From assembly GCA_963662265.2 (NCBI GenBank), contig CAXXHA010000004.1:1-64000 (forward strand): DNA of 64,000 nt. Direction: 5' to 3'. A program made the translations under genes and the position numbers. This document shows, one piece after another, positions 8,610-18,862 of this stretch. The notes beneath the pieces were generated by a model. That model was given only the letters and a program-made list of their open reading frames with translations. It did not search any database and was not told the origin of the DNA. This DNA comes from Spirochaetia bacterium. GTDB lineage: Bacteria; Spirochaetota; Spirochaetia; CADAEX01. How positions within the stretch are numbered: the first letter of the stretch is position 1; each line of letters opens with the position of its first letter.

Positions 8610-9599
8610 CTCATTGTTGTTAAATATATCCAGCTCTCTGATAAGCCTTGATAAGTATGTTCTCTGAATACCCAGCATTTCAGCAGTTTTAAGCTGGTTC
8701 CAGTTATTGTATTTAAGTGCTTTTATAATATAATTTTTTTTGAAATTTGTAACAGCTTTTTTTAGCGGTATTATTGTTTTTTTTTCTCCACCAAGAGATG
8801 TGAGTATGATATCGCTATCTTTTATTATAATACCAGCAGATACAGATGCCCTGTAGAGAGTATTTGACAGTTCCCTCACATTACCCGGCCAGTCATAGGA
8901 TATAAGTTTTTCCATTGCTGAAGCGTCAATATTTTTACTGATACCTGATTTGTCGAGAAAATACTGTGCAAGTTCAGGTATGTCCTCTTTATGCTCCCTG
9001 AGCGGCGGTATTTCAATATTCAGGACATTTATTCTGTATAGAAGTTCCTTTTTGAAGGAGCCTTTTCCGACCTCTTTTTTTATATCTTTATTTGTTGCAG
9101 CTATGATTCTGACATCAACCTTGACTGAAGTTTCAGAACCTATCGGGTAAATTTCACCATTTTCAAGAACCCTCAGAAGCCTGGACTGTGCGCTGACAGG
9201 CATTTCAAAAAGTTCATCAAGGAAAATTGTGCCAGTATCAGCTGAAATGAATTTACCTTTTCTGTCTTTTGTTGCATCTGTGAATGAACCTTTCAGATGT
9301 CCGAACAGTTCAGTTTCAAAAAGATGTTCCGGTATAGATGCGCAGTTTAATTTTATATAGGGTTTGTCATTTCTAGAGCCTGAAGACTGAATAAAATCGG
9401 CAAATACATCTTTTCCGGATCCGCTTTCACCTGTAATAAGAACAGGTGCTTCAGACAGTGCAATTTTTTGAGCTTTTTTTATTGTATTCTGTAAAGAGGA
9501 ACTGGAGGCTGCTATTAAAGCATTCGGAAAAAAAACAGGCAGCACTTTATCTGCTGAAAAAGTGCTGCCGTTATCTGTCAGATGATTATTAGTTGTCAC
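8604..9599 (-). CDS. Sigma54-interacting AAA+ transcriptional activator without N-terminal sensor domain
   Basis: Walker A GESGSGKD, ETELFGHLKGSFTDA (GAFTGA variant), FLDE, WPGNVREL, C-terminal Fis-type HTH; GTG start overlaps the rpsA end. Confidence 0.9.
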   Translation of the reverse strand: MTTNNHLTDNGSTFSADKVLPVFFPNALIAASSSSLQNTIKKAQKIALSEAPVLITGESGSGKDVFADFIQSSGSRNDKPYIKLNCASIPEHLFETELFGHLKGSFTDATKDRKGKFISADTGTIFLDELFEMPVSAQSRLLRVLENGEIYPIGSETSVKVDVRIIAATNKDIKKEVGKGSFKKELLYRINVLNIEIPPLREHKEDIPELAQYFLDKSGISKNIDASAMEKLISYDWPGNVRELSNTLYRASVSAGIIIKDSDIILTSLGGEKKTIIPLKKAVTNFKKNYIIKALKYNNWNQLKTAEMLGIQRTYLSRLIRELDIFNNNEK

Positions 9600-11289
9600 C
9601 CTGTTTCATGAAGTCACCAAGTGTTGCCATTGGTGCATCATCTTCATCCTGAATGTATTTTGATATTTCTTCTCTCTGGAGAGATTTCTTGTATTCTCTT
9701 ATTGAGAGTGAAAGTTTTTTCTTTCTTGGGTTGATTTCAGTAATTACAGCTTTAACCTTGTCGCCGATATTGAACTTTTCAAGTTCCTTGTCAGCTTCTT
9801 CGTTATACTTGTCTGAAATATTGCTCTTGTTAATAAGACCTTCAATTTCGCCCTGAACTTTTACAAAAAGTCCGAAGTCAGTTTTGCCTGAGATTTCGCC
9901 TTCAATTACTTTTCCTTTAGGAAAGCTCTTGTAAAGGAGATCCCACGGGTTATCTTCAAGCTGTTTTACGCCGAGTTTGATTCTTCTGTTTTCCTTGTCA
10001 ATTCCGATAACGATAACCTTGATATCTTCATCCTGCTTAAGTACAGAAAAAGTATTTTTAACTTTCTTTGTCCATGAAAGATCATCTACATGGAGAAAAC
10101 CGCTGATTCCCTCTTCAAGTTCAATAAATGCGCCTGCATTTGTTACTTTTGATATTTTTCTTTCAAGCTGAGTACCTACTGGATAGATTTCATCAATTTT
10201 ATCCCATGGGTTTTCAAATACCTGTTTGATTCCGAGAGAAATTCTTCCCTGTTCAAGGTCGTATGAAAGAATCATACATTCAACTTCATCCCCGATTTTG
10301 AAAACTTCTTTTGGATGGCTGATTTTCTTAACCCAGGAGAATTCTGAGATATGAGCCATTCCCTCAATACCTTCTTCAAGTTCAATAAAAGCTCCGAAAT
10401 CAGTAAGCTTAGTAACTTTTCCGGTAATAATATCGTTAACATGATATTTTTCTTCAAATGTGAACCATGGATTATCTGAAAAATGTTTGAGAGAAAGATT
10501 TATCTTGTTGTTTTCCTTGTCAATGTTGATAAGTTTAAGTTTGATTTTCTGATCTTTTTTTACATAATCCTTGGGTCTTGCAACATGTCCCCAGCTCATG
10601 TCATTGATATGGAGAAGACCGTCAAAACCGCCGAGATCGATAAATGCACCGAAAGAAGCTATGCTTTTTACAGTACCTTCTACTTCATCACCTACCTGTG
10701 CTTTTTCAAAGAATTCATCTTTTTTCTGGTTCTGTATATCAGAAAGATATTTTCTTCTGTTGAGTACAATGTTGACTTTCTTGTCGCTGTAGAGTCTTTC
10801 AAGGAGAAAATCTGATTTTATGTTTATATATTTTTCAGGATCTTCAACTTTAACTACATCTGTCTTTGATATTGGAAGAAAAGCCCTGATATTGTGTCCG
10901 AGAGATACTTCAAAGCCGCCTTTGATGCTCTTTTTGATTGTTCCCTCAACCGGAAGCTTTTCCTGAAAAGCATTCTTGAGGTTTACCCAGAATTCTTTCT
11001 CATCATATTTTCTTTTGGAAACAACTATCTGACCATCCTTGCTTTCTTTTTTAACAAGAATTACTTTGACTTCATCATTAAGTTCAGGAACCTTTTCAAA
11101 TTCTGTTATAGGGATTTTTCCTTCGGATTTGTATCCGATATCTATAAACACTGTTTCATTTGTTACCTGTATTACATTACCTGTGACTACCTGTCCCTCT
11201 TCCAGATCATCGAGAGATTTCAGGTATTCTTCCTGAAGGTTTGTCTGGTTTATAGTGTCTTCGTTGATGATATTTTCCTTCTCAGCCAT
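9589..11289 (-). CDS. rpsA: 30S ribosomal protein S1
   Basis: Six S1 repeats (DIGYKSEG, FGAFIDLGGFDGLLHI, FGAFIELEEGIEG); follows cmk. Confidence 0.97.
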   Translation of the reverse strand: MAEKENIINEDTINQTNLQEEYLKSLDDLEEGQVVTGNVIQVTNETVFIDIGYKSEGKIPITEFEKVPELNDEVKVILVKKESKDGQIVVSKRKYDEKEFWVNLKNAFQEKLPVEGTIKKSIKGGFEVSLGHNIRAFLPISKTDVVKVEDPEKYINIKSDFLLERLYSDKKVNIVLNRRKYLSDIQNQKKDEFFEKAQVGDEVEGTVKSIASFGAFIDLGGFDGLLHINDMSWGHVARPKDYVKKDQKIKLKLINIDKENNKINLSLKHFSDNPWFTFEEKYHVNDIITGKVTKLTDFGAFIELEEGIEGMAHISEFSWVKKISHPKEVFKIGDEVECMILSYDLEQGRISLGIKQVFENPWDKIDEIYPVGTQLERKISKVTNAGAFIELEEGISGFLHVDDLSWTKKVKNTFSVLKQDEDIKVIVIGIDKENRRIKLGVKQLEDNPWDLLYKSFPKGKVIEGEISGKTDFGLFVKVQGEIEGLINKSNISDKYNEEADKELEKFNIGDKVKAVITEINPRKKKLSLSIREYKKSLQREEISKYIQDEDDAPMATLGDFMKQGDN

Positions 11290-11302
11290 TTGAAAAAAAC
11301 TC

Positions 11303-11953
11303 CTAATATTTAATCTGCCTGTTTTTATTTATTTCAGACATTACTTTCTCACAAACTTGATCTATGGTCAAGTCCGAAGTATTCAAATAAATTGCATCTT
11401 CAGATATTTTTAAATTTCCATATTCTTTATTTCTGTCGATTTCATCTCTTTTTTTTATACTTTCCTTTATTTCGGAAATATTCTTCTCACTTACACCCTG
11501 GTTGCATCGTCTTGATGCCCTGGTTTCCACCGAAGCATCCAGAAATATCTTGACGTCAGCATCGGGAAATACAACTGTTGTCATATCTCTTCCTTCAGCA
11601 ATTACATCAATATTTTCAGCTACAGATCTGATTTTTTTGTTGATTTCAATTCTAAGATCTTTGATTGTAGAAACCTGGGCAACATTTGCATCAACCATAT
11701 CTGTATGTAGTTGATCTTCAACATCTGTACCGTTTAAATATACATGAGAGTTTTTTATCTTGATTACTGATGACTCAGCAAGTTTTATAAGTTCTTCAGA
11801 ATCACTTATATCTATGTTTTTGTTTAATGCTTCAAGTGTTACAGCTCTGTAGAAATTACCAGTATTTAAAAAGAATAAATCTGCTTTTGATGCTATAAGC
11901 TTTGCAATAGTGCTTTTTCCAACACCTGCGGGTCCGTCAATAGCTACTGTCAA
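11303..11953 (-). CDS. cmk: Cytidylate kinase
   Basis: AIDGPAGVGKST, EGRDMTTVVFPDA; likely TTG start at 11953 overlapping the rluB TGA. Confidence 0.95.
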   Translation of the reverse strand: MTVAIDGPAGVGKSTIAKLIASKADLFFLNTGNFYRAVTLEALNKNIDISDSEELIKLAESSVIKIKNSHVYLNGTDVEDQLHTDMVDANVAQVSTIKDLRIEINKKIRSVAENIDVIAEGRDMTTVVFPDADVKIFLDASVETRASRRCNQGVSEKNISEIKESIKKRDEIDRNKEYGNLKISEDAIYLNTSDLTIDQVCEKVMSEINKNRQIKY

Positions 11954-12684
11954 TTTTTTTCTCCCTTGTATTTTGTAAACCATTCTATTTCTTTCTTTGT
12001 CAGATATCTGTAACTTCCGGGATAAAGATTTCCGATACTTACGTTACCAATCCTTATCCTGTGAAGTTTTTTTACCTTGATTCTGAAGTGGGTGAAAAGT
12101 TTCCTGATTTCCCTGTTTTTACCTTCAGTAAGGACAATATGTATCTTTACGGAAGTTTTACGTGTATATCTACTGATACGGTAAAAATCTCCCTCAATAT
12201 TGATTCCTTTGATCATCTGGTTGAGTGTTTCATCGTTAACTGCAGATCCTGTCTCTACAATGTATTCTTTCTCCATTTCTGATGAGGGATGAGTAATTTT
12301 TTCAGCAAAATCACCATCGTTTGTGAGGAAAATCAGCCCTGTCGACATATAGTCGAGCCTTCCGACATAAAAAAGTCTGTAGGAATTGAATTCCTGAAAA
12401 TACTCGTTTATTGTGCTTCTGCCTTCAGGATCGTAATTTGAGCATAGTACTTTTTTGGGTTTGTAAAATGCTATATAAAACTTCTTTTTTGAAGGTGATA
12501 CTCTGTTTCCCCTGTAGTAGACAATATCATCAGGATAAACTTTCTCACCCATCTGTGTGATAAATCTCTGGTTTATCCGTACATGACCTTTTTTTATAAG
12601 TTCTTCACATTTTCTTCTGGAACCCAGACCGCACTGTGACAGATAAACCTGAAGCCTGATGCCTTCCTTTTCTTCTCTATCCAT
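11950..12684 (-). CDS. rluB: Ribosomal large subunit pseudouridine synthase (RluB/RsuA family)
   Basis: S4 domain SRRKCEELI, GRLD catalytic motif, EGKNREIR; follows scpB. Confidence 0.88.
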   Translation of the reverse strand: MDREEKEGIRLQVYLSQCGLGSRRKCEELIKKGHVRINQRFITQMGEKVYPDDIVYYRGNRVSPSKKKFYIAFYKPKKVLCSNYDPEGRSTINEYFQEFNSYRLFYVGRLDYMSTGLIFLTNDGDFAEKITHPSSEMEKEYIVETGSAVNDETLNQMIKGINIEGDFYRISRYTRKTSVKIHIVLTEGKNREIRKLFTHFRIKVKKLHRIRIGNVSIGNLYPGSYRYLTKKEIEWFTKYKGEKN

Positions 12685-13216
12685 TAAGTTCAAACCTTTT
12701 AAGATCTGTCTCTTCAAGTTTTGGAAGGTCGGAAATGCTGTTCAGTTTAAACAGTTTAAGAAAATCGTTTGTTGTCCCGTAAGTTACAGGTTTGCCCGGA
12801 ATATCTTTCTTTCCCACTTCCCTGATCAGTTTTCTGCTTAAAAGCAGCCTGATCATTCCGTCAGCCGAAACTCCTCTGATATTTTCAACTTCTCCCCGCG
12901 TAATCGGCTGTGAATAGGCTATGATTGAAAGGGTTTCAATTGCAGCTCTCGAAAGTCTGTTCTCATTTTTCTTTCCATAACGTACTTTCAGATATCCCCA
13001 CAGCTCCTCTTTCGGTATAAGCTGGTATCCGCCGACAATTTCAGTCAGCTCCAGTCCCCTTGACGGGTCTTCGTATTTTTCTCTGAGGTTTTTCAGAGTT
13101 TCGGCAACAACTTCTTTTGACAGATCAGTTATTTTTATTATTGTATTTATATCAATAGGATCACTTTCAAGAAAAAGTATTGCCTCAATAAGCGCTTCCT
13201 CTTTTTCCAATTTCAT
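12677..13216 (-). CDS. scpB: SMC-Scp complex subunit ScpB
   Basis: IEAILF, LSRAAIETLSIIAYSQPITR, YGTT..FL..F.L..L..LP. Confidence 0.96.
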   Translation of the reverse strand: MKLEKEEALIEAILFLESDPIDINTIIKITDLSKEVVAETLKNLREKYEDPSRGLELTEIVGGYQLIPKEELWGYLKVRYGKKNENRLSRAAIETLSIIAYSQPITRGEVENIRGVSADGMIRLLLSRKLIREVGKKDIPGKPVTYGTTNDFLKLFKLNSISDLPKLEETDLKRFELNG

Positions 13217-14010
13217 TATCCTTCCTTGTCTTCCTGATTATTTTCATTTTCCTGAATTGGAATTTGCTTTACTGCAGAATATTTCTTTATCCTTATATCA
13301 CCGAACATTTTATTCTGATAAACCTGGATAATTTTGTTTTTTATAGCATCAAGAACTGCAAGAAAAGAACATACAAATTCAAGAATAGATGAATTATTTA
13401 CAATCAGCTCATTAAACAGAATTTCATCATTTTTATCAAGAAGTTCAGACATCAAAGTGAGCTTTTCATTTATCGAGACTTCTTCATAGAAATCAATAAT
13501 CTGTTCATTTGAAAGATTGCCCACAATATCTGAAAATGTCTGTAGAAGGTCCCATACATCAACTTCTTCCCACAGTTCCTGGTCATCTACAAAGGAAAAA
13601 TTACGCTGTTTTTTGCTTCTTTCAATAATCCATTCAGACTCTTTTTCCTTTACAGACATGAGATCTGAAATTTTCTTGAATTTCTGGTATTCAATGAGTC
13701 TTTCTACGAGTTCTGACCTGGGATCTTCGAATTCATCTTCAACATTGACTTCAACAGGGAGAAGCATTTTTGATTTAATATAAAGCAGTGTGGATGCCAT
13801 TATGTAAAATTCCGAGAGGTTGTCCAGGTTTTTTTTCGCAGCATATTCAAGATAAGAGAGATACTGCTCAACTATTTCTGCTATTGGTATGTCGTAAATA
13901 TTTATTTCCGATTTCCGGATCAGGAAAAGAAGGAGATCAAGAGGCCCTTCAAATTCCTGCAGCTTGAATTTATGTGCTGAATCGTTTTGTTCCATAATTA
14001 TTTTCCCCAT
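13216..14010 (-). CDS. scpA: Segregation/condensation protein A (kleisin)
   Basis: FEGPLDLLLFLI, IKSKMLLP, DPRSELVERL. Confidence 0.96.
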   Translation of the reverse strand: MGKIIMEQNDSAHKFKLQEFEGPLDLLLFLIRKSEINIYDIPIAEIVEQYLSYLEYAAKKNLDNLSEFYIMASTLLYIKSKMLLPVEVNVEDEFEDPRSELVERLIEYQKFKKISDLMSVKEKESEWIIERSKKQRNFSFVDDQELWEEVDVWDLLQTFSDIVGNLSNEQIIDFYEEVSINEKLTLMSELLDKNDEILFNELIVNNSSILEFVCSFLAVLDAIKNKIIQVYQNKMFGDIRIKKYSAVKQIPIQENENNQEDKEG

Positions 14011-14034
14011 TTTTTAAAAGTACCGACCAGTTGT

Positions 14035-14583
14035 TTATCGATAATCCCTTATTTTTTCTATATATCGGCATGATTCAAAGCGGTAAATACCCTCTTCTTT
14101 AACTGTTTTTATTATATCAGAATATTTTTCCCCTGTCTCAGGATCTGAGAGTGAATTATCAAGTTCAAGCAGAGGTTTAAGCACAAACATCCTTTCCCTG
14201 ATACCCGGATGAGGAATTTGAAGGGTTTCACTATTAATAATACTGTTTCCGAACAGCAGGATATCAATGTCGAGCGGTCTCGGACCCTTGTATCCTGATT
14301 TTAACCTGTCCCTGCCGAGGCTGTTTTCTATGATGTGTATTTTTTCAAGAAGTAGATCAGCTGATATGCTGCATTTACCCCTGAATACAGCATTGAGAAA
14401 CAGCGGCTGGTCTGTCATATACATCGGTTCGGTTTCATAAAGCGAAGAGGTTTCAAGATCTTCAATGAAATCCTCAAGAAGACTGAAACCTCTTATAATG
14501 TTTTCTTTTCTGCTGCCCATATTGGATCCGATACCCAGATAGACAACAGAATAAAAAGAATCAGAAGAGTTCTGCTTTTTCAA
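14035..14583 (-). CDS. folK: 2-amino-4-hydroxy-6-hydroxymethyldihydropteridine diphosphokinase
   Basis: [36 protein letters not shown]. Confidence 0.94.
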   Translation of the reverse strand: MKKQNSSDSFYSVVYLGIGSNMGSRKENIIRGFSLLEDFIEDLETSSLYETEPMYMTDQPLFLNAVFRGKCSISADLLLEKIHIIENSLGRDRLKSGYKGPRPLDIDILLFGNSIINSETLQIPHPGIRERMFVLKPLLELDNSLSDPETGEKYSDIIKTVKEEGIYRFESCRYIEKIRDYR

Positions 14584-15679
14584 GATTTTCCCCGGACTCC
14601 CCTTTTGTCTTTTTAGTATCTTCAGCTTTAGTGTTCTTCTGCTCTTTATCGGGAAAGAGGAGTTTTCTTACCTGTACATCAATTTCATTATATATATCGG
14701 GATTTTTTTCAAGAAAATCCTTAACATTTTCCCTTCCCTGGCCAATCTTGTCTTCTCCATAGGAATACCAGCTTCCGCTCTTCTGGATAAGATCATATGT
14801 AATTGCAGCATCAAGGAGACAGCCTGTAGCTGAAATACCCTTGCCGAAAACAATTTCAAGTTCCACTTTTCTGAAAGGGGGTGCTACCTTGTTTTTTACA
14901 ATTTTGATTCTTACCCTGTTGCCGGTTGATTCATCACCCTTTGTAATTGTTTCAATTTTACGAACTTCAATTCTTACAGAAGAATAGAATTTCAGGGCCT
15001 TACCACCTGTTGTTGTTTCAGGGTTCCCGAACATGACACCTATTTTCATTCTTATCTGGTTGATGAAAATCATTGCTGTATTTGACTTTGAAAGAATTGA
15101 TGTCAGTTTTCTCAAAGCCTGGCTCATGAGTCTTGCCTGGAGACCCATGTGGGAATCTCCCATATCGCCTTCAATTTCAGCCTGCGGTGTGAGAGCTGCG
15201 ACAGAGTCGATAACAATAATATCAACTGCTCCTGATCTTACCAGGGATTCTGCTATTTCAAGAGCCTGCTCACCTGTGTCAGGCTGTGAAACCCAGAGTT
15301 CATCAGTATTTACCCCTAGATTTGCGGCATAAACCGGATCAAGAGCATGCTCAGCATCAATGAAAGCTGCAACACCGCCGTTTTTCTGGGCTTCTGCTAT
15401 TGCATGCAGGGCAAGTGTTGTTTTCCCTGAAGATTCAGGACCGTAAATTTCTATTATTCTCCCTTTTGGATAACCGCCTATTCCGAGTGCAGCATCTAAT
15501 GTAATTGAACCTGAGGGGATTGTCTTTATCCCTTCATTTATACTGTTATCCCCCAGTTTCATAAGAGAACCTTTTCCGAACTGTTTTTCTATCTGAAGTT
15601 TGGCTGCTTCAAGGGCTTTTGATTTTTCACTTTCAGAAGTTTTAATTTCTGTTTTCAAAACTTCACTTTTTTTTGCCAT
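14561..15679 (-). CDS. recA: Recombinase A
   Basis: [37 protein letters not shown]; ATG 15679 after RBS AGGAGG. Confidence 0.99.
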   Translation of the reverse strand: MAKKSEVLKTEIKTSESEKSKALEAAKLQIEKQFGKGSLMKLGDNSINEGIKTIPSGSITLDAALGIGGYPKGRIIEIYGPESSGKTTLALHAIAEAQKNGGVAAFIDAEHALDPVYAANLGVNTDELWVSQPDTGEQALEIAESLVRSGAVDIIVIDSVAALTPQAEIEGDMGDSHMGLQARLMSQALRKLTSILSKSNTAMIFINQIRMKIGVMFGNPETTTGGKALKFYSSVRIEVRKIETITKGDESTGNRVRIKIVKNKVAPPFRKVELEIVFGKGISATGCLLDAAITYDLIQKSGSWYSYGEDKIGQGRENVKDFLEKNPDIYNEIDVQVRKLLFPDKEQKNTKAEDTKKTKGESGENLEKAELF

Positions 15680-15725
15680 TATTTCCTCCTGGATAAGATA
15701 ACTGATATTCTGTAACAGACACTTC

Positions 15726-15777
15726 AAATATGAATTGTACATATTTACTTTACGAGGTCAATAACCATCGATATAAT
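15726..15777. promoter_or_regulatory. Back-to-back sigma70 promoters for recA (-) and the divergent gene (+)
   Basis: Minus: TTGACC(15761-56)-16-TACAAT(15739-34); plus: TTTACG(15749-54)-17-TATAAT(15772-77). Confidence 0.55.
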
Positions 15778-15783
15778 TGTTTT

Positions 15784-16404
15784 ATGAGATTGATTCTAAT
15801 GATATCTCTTATCAGTCTGTTTAATATAACATTAAATCAGGCACAGGAAAATGAGATTTATTCAAAATCACAATGGGTTGCAGAAACAGACAGAAGCAGC
15901 AATAAACTTGTATCTGAAATAATGCAGAAATCTGATCTTACAGAAAGAACAGATATTATAAGGAATCTCGGAAAAAGAAAAGACCGGAATTTCATAATAA
16001 TACTTGAGGATATATATTATAAAAATATATATACAGCTGCTGAGAAGGAAATACTGCTTTATTTATGTGTCAATTCATTTATTAATTCAGAAGATGATTA
16101 TAATGACAGCTGTGCAGTTTATGATGAAATATTCGGCAATATAAGCAGATTCAGCGATTCACTGCTCAGAAAGGAATTGGTCAGGAAAAGCAGTTTCGCA
16201 GGAAGAAAAACTGCAGTCAGGATACTTGCTGATGAAGGTAAAATGCTCTCAGATATCTGCAGGAAGGATTCTTCACCCGGTGCTGTTGTTGTTGAGGAAT
16301 GCAGGGTGTTTTACCGGCATTCGGAAATATATGATGAACCTGTGCTTAACCAGCTTAGAGACATTATATACAGAAATACTGCTGATTTAAGTAATAATTG
16401 GTGA
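15784..16404 (+). CDS. Hypothetical exported alpha-helical protein
   Basis: Signal-peptide-like MRLILMISLISLFNITLNQA; HEAT-like LGKRKDRNFIIILEDI. Confidence 0.65.
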   Translation: MRLILMISLISLFNITLNQAQENEIYSKSQWVAETDRSSNKLVSEIMQKSDLTERTDIIRNLGKRKDRNFIIILEDIYYKNIYTAAEKEILLYLCVNSFINSEDDYNDSCAVYDEIFGNISRFSDSLLRKELVRKSSFAGRKTAVRILADEGKMLSDICRKDSSPGAVVVEECRVFYRHSEIYDEPVLNQLRDIIYRNTADLSNNW

Positions 16405-16412
16405 TTAGGAAA

Positions 16413-16862
16413 TCAGAAAATCTTGAAGGAATCTACAAGAATTGTCACCGGGCCGTGATTGATATAGTCGATCTTCATCTTTGCACCGAATATACCTGTT
16501 TCAGTTTTAAATCCCCTGTTTTTCATAAGCTGTACAGCTTTTTTATAAAAATCATTGCCTTTTTCAGGGGATGCTGCCTCGTTGTAGGATGGCCTCCGTC
16601 CTTTTCTTGTGTCTCCATAGAGAGTGAACTGTGAAATAACAAGTATATCACCAGCTATATCTGATACAGACTTGTTCATCTTTCCGTTTTCATCTTCGAA
16701 AATTCTGAGATTAACTACTTTATCCACTGTGTATTCAAGATCTTTATCTGTGTCATCTGAATGGACACCTAGATAAACAAGTATGCCCCTGTCGATAGAT
16801 CCTGTAGTATTGCCTTCCACTGTGACTTCCGCCCTGTCAACACGCTGTACAACTGCCCTCAT
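16413..16862 (-). CDS. dtd: D-aminoacyl-tRNA deacylase
   Basis: MRAVVQRV, SQFTL, KGRRPS, GPVT. Confidence 0.97.
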   Translation of the reverse strand: MRAVVQRVDRAEVTVEGNTTGSIDRGILVYLGVHSDDTDKDLEYTVDKVVNLRIFEDENGKMNKSVSDIAGDILVISQFTLYGDTRKGRRPSYNEAASPEKGNDFYKKAVQLMKNRGFKTETGIFGAKMKIDYINHGPVTILVDSFKIF

Positions 16863-17932
16863 TTTATAAACTTCCTTATTGAAACTGCCTTGATTTCGAA
16901 TGATCCCGAAGTATTTAGCCTTCCTATTATTTCATATGAAAAATCCTCTTCAAGGAGTATAGGGAAATCTACATTTACCCTGATTATCCCGTCCAGGAGC
17001 TTGCCGTTTTCATACCCGACAAGAAAATCAAAATCAATATTATTATCATTAACTGTAATATTTGTAATTTTACCTTTCCATTTGATATAACAGTTATTGA
17101 AAAGGTAAGGTTTTTCTGCAACTTCCCTGTAGTCTATTGTATTTTTAAAATATCTGAAATCAGGTTTTTTCAGATAGGACTGGAGAAGTTTTGCCTTGTC
17201 CTTTACATTTTCAGATGCGTTGGAAAAGAGAATCCTGTTGATTTCTATCTGCGCTGTATTATCCCTGTTATCGACAAAGTGCTCTCGTGCCCTTTCAAAT
17301 GTTTTGATTATTTCCTTTTCAGTGAGTTCAAGTTCATATTTACCGTCATCTGCTGTAATAGCTGCGTTTCTGTTCAGCGCAATTTCAGGGATGAGATTGT
17401 TTTTATTTTTAATATAATTAATTGTTTTGACTGCTGAAAAATAAAGTCCGCCAGACAGCGCTGCAGCCAGTATTATTATGAGAAAAGTTCTCAATACCCT
17501 GTTGAAAATAACTGCTCTGCTGCCTGGTATCAGACGTCTGATATTTTTCTTTATGAACAGGTCAGAGACACTTTCCGGTACACCGCTTTTTTTAAGAAGA
17601 TTCAAACCCCTTTTTGCGAATTTGTTTTCAGGATGTTTATCAAGGACCTCAAGCCACAGCCTGATGGATTCTTTTGAATTATTTCTTTTGAGATGTATGA
17701 CAGCAAGAGCCAGAAGTGTATCGCTGTTTACAGGATTTATCTGAAGAGATCTTCTTATATATGAATTCGCACCGCTGTAATCACCTGTGAAAAGACAGGA
17801 TGTGCCCAGAAGATAGTAATATCTGTCATTTTCACGGTAATTGAAAACATCCGGCTCCAGAAGCCTTATAACTTTGCTGTAGTTGCCGGTTTTATAATAA
17901 TTTTGTGCTTTTTTAAGATTATTGTTTTTCAT
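16859..17932 (-). CDS. TPR protein with central TM and C-terminal beta-rich (OB-like) domain
   Basis: N-terminal TPRs, TM at about aa 145-168, WKGKITNI..FDFLVGY. Confidence 0.75.
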   Translation of the reverse strand: MKNNNLKKAQNYYKTGNYSKVIRLLEPDVFNYRENDRYYYLLGTSCLFTGDYSGANSYIRRSLQINPVNSDTLLALAVIHLKRNNSKESIRLWLEVLDKHPENKFAKRGLNLLKKSGVPESVSDLFIKKNIRRLIPGSRAVIFNRVLRTFLIIILAAALSGGLYFSAVKTINYIKNKNNLIPEIALNRNAAITADDGKYELELTEKEIIKTFERAREHFVDNRDNTAQIEINRILFSNASENVKDKAKLLQSYLKKPDFRYFKNTIDYREVAEKPYLFNNCYIKWKGKITNITVNDNNIDFDFLVGYENGKLLDGIIRVNVDFPILLEEDFSYEIIGRLNTSGSFEIKAVSIRKFIK

Positions 17933-18824
17933 TCACAGGTTCACCGGTATCTTCATTTTCATTGCCGGCAGTATTTCCCAGTATTTTTTTATTATCATTA
18001 TTCATTTCTTTCAAAATATCAATCTCTTTTTTCATATCACTGATTTTATCCTGAAGAAGGGAAATCTGTTTTTTTAAAACAATGTTTGTTTCCCTCAGGG
18101 TGAGAACTTCGCTGTTTATTTCATTGTCTGAAAGAACTGAAAGTTTTCTCTGGTAAGCAAGAACAGCCTGTTTATATTCTTTTTCCTTCCTGATGAATGC
18201 TTCCCTTTCTTTCAGGGATTCTTCATGACTCCATTTAAGGAGTTTCATCAGCTCATCTTCCCTTTCGCCGAGCCTGATAAGTTCAGATCTGTAGTTTGCA
18301 GCTTCAAACTTATAGCTTTCGGGAAAATCATTGATTACTTTATTATAAAGGACAAGAGCATCTTTCTTGTGGCCGAGGAAAAAGAGCGATTCCGCTATCC
18401 AGAAATATGCATTTCCGTTCAGTTTGTTGTCGCCTGATATTTCAAGAAATGAATGCATGTCTGCGATAGTTTTTTCATAATCATTATTTTTAAAGAAAAT
18501 CCTTCCCTTCTGATAAAGTGAATTAACAGATTCGGGAGATGACGGGTAAGTGTTTATTATATTATTAAAAATATTATCAGCCTTGCTGTAATTTCCCAGT
18601 GCCATATGGCTCTGTCCGATCCAGTAGTAAATAACAGGTTTGGCTTCGGGAGAAATATCAGACAGAGCATTCTCAAAATGAGTAAGTGCCCTGTCATACT
18701 GGTTATTAAGGTATGCTTCTTTCCCCTTCATATAGTCATCGTGGAAATAATCCTGGGAAAAGAGAAGCTGCTGTGTAAACGTTATAAGAAATATTATAAA
18801 TAAAGATGTTTTCGACAATTTCAA
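17919..18824 (-). CDS. Exported TPR protein with C-terminal coiled coil (CpoB/BamD-like repeats)
   Basis: Signal peptide, YYWIGQSH..NTYPSS and YFWIAESL..DFPES TPR pairs, heptad tail. Confidence 0.75.
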   Translation of the reverse strand: MKLSKTSLFIIFLITFTQQLLFSQDYFHDDYMKGKEAYLNNQYDRALTHFENALSDISPEAKPVIYYWIGQSHMALGNYSKADNIFNNIINTYPSSPESVNSLYQKGRIFFKNNDYEKTIADMHSFLEISGDNKLNGNAYFWIAESLFFLGHKKDALVLYNKVINDFPESYKFEAANYRSELIRLGEREDELMKLLKWSHEESLKEREAFIRKEKEYKQAVLAYQRKLSVLSDNEINSEVLTLRETNIVLKKQISLLQDKISDMKKEIDILKEMNNDNKKILGNTAGNENEDTGEPVNEKQ

Positions 18825-18862
18825 GGGATTCCTCCTCTATAATTATCGGAAAAGCGGAAAAA

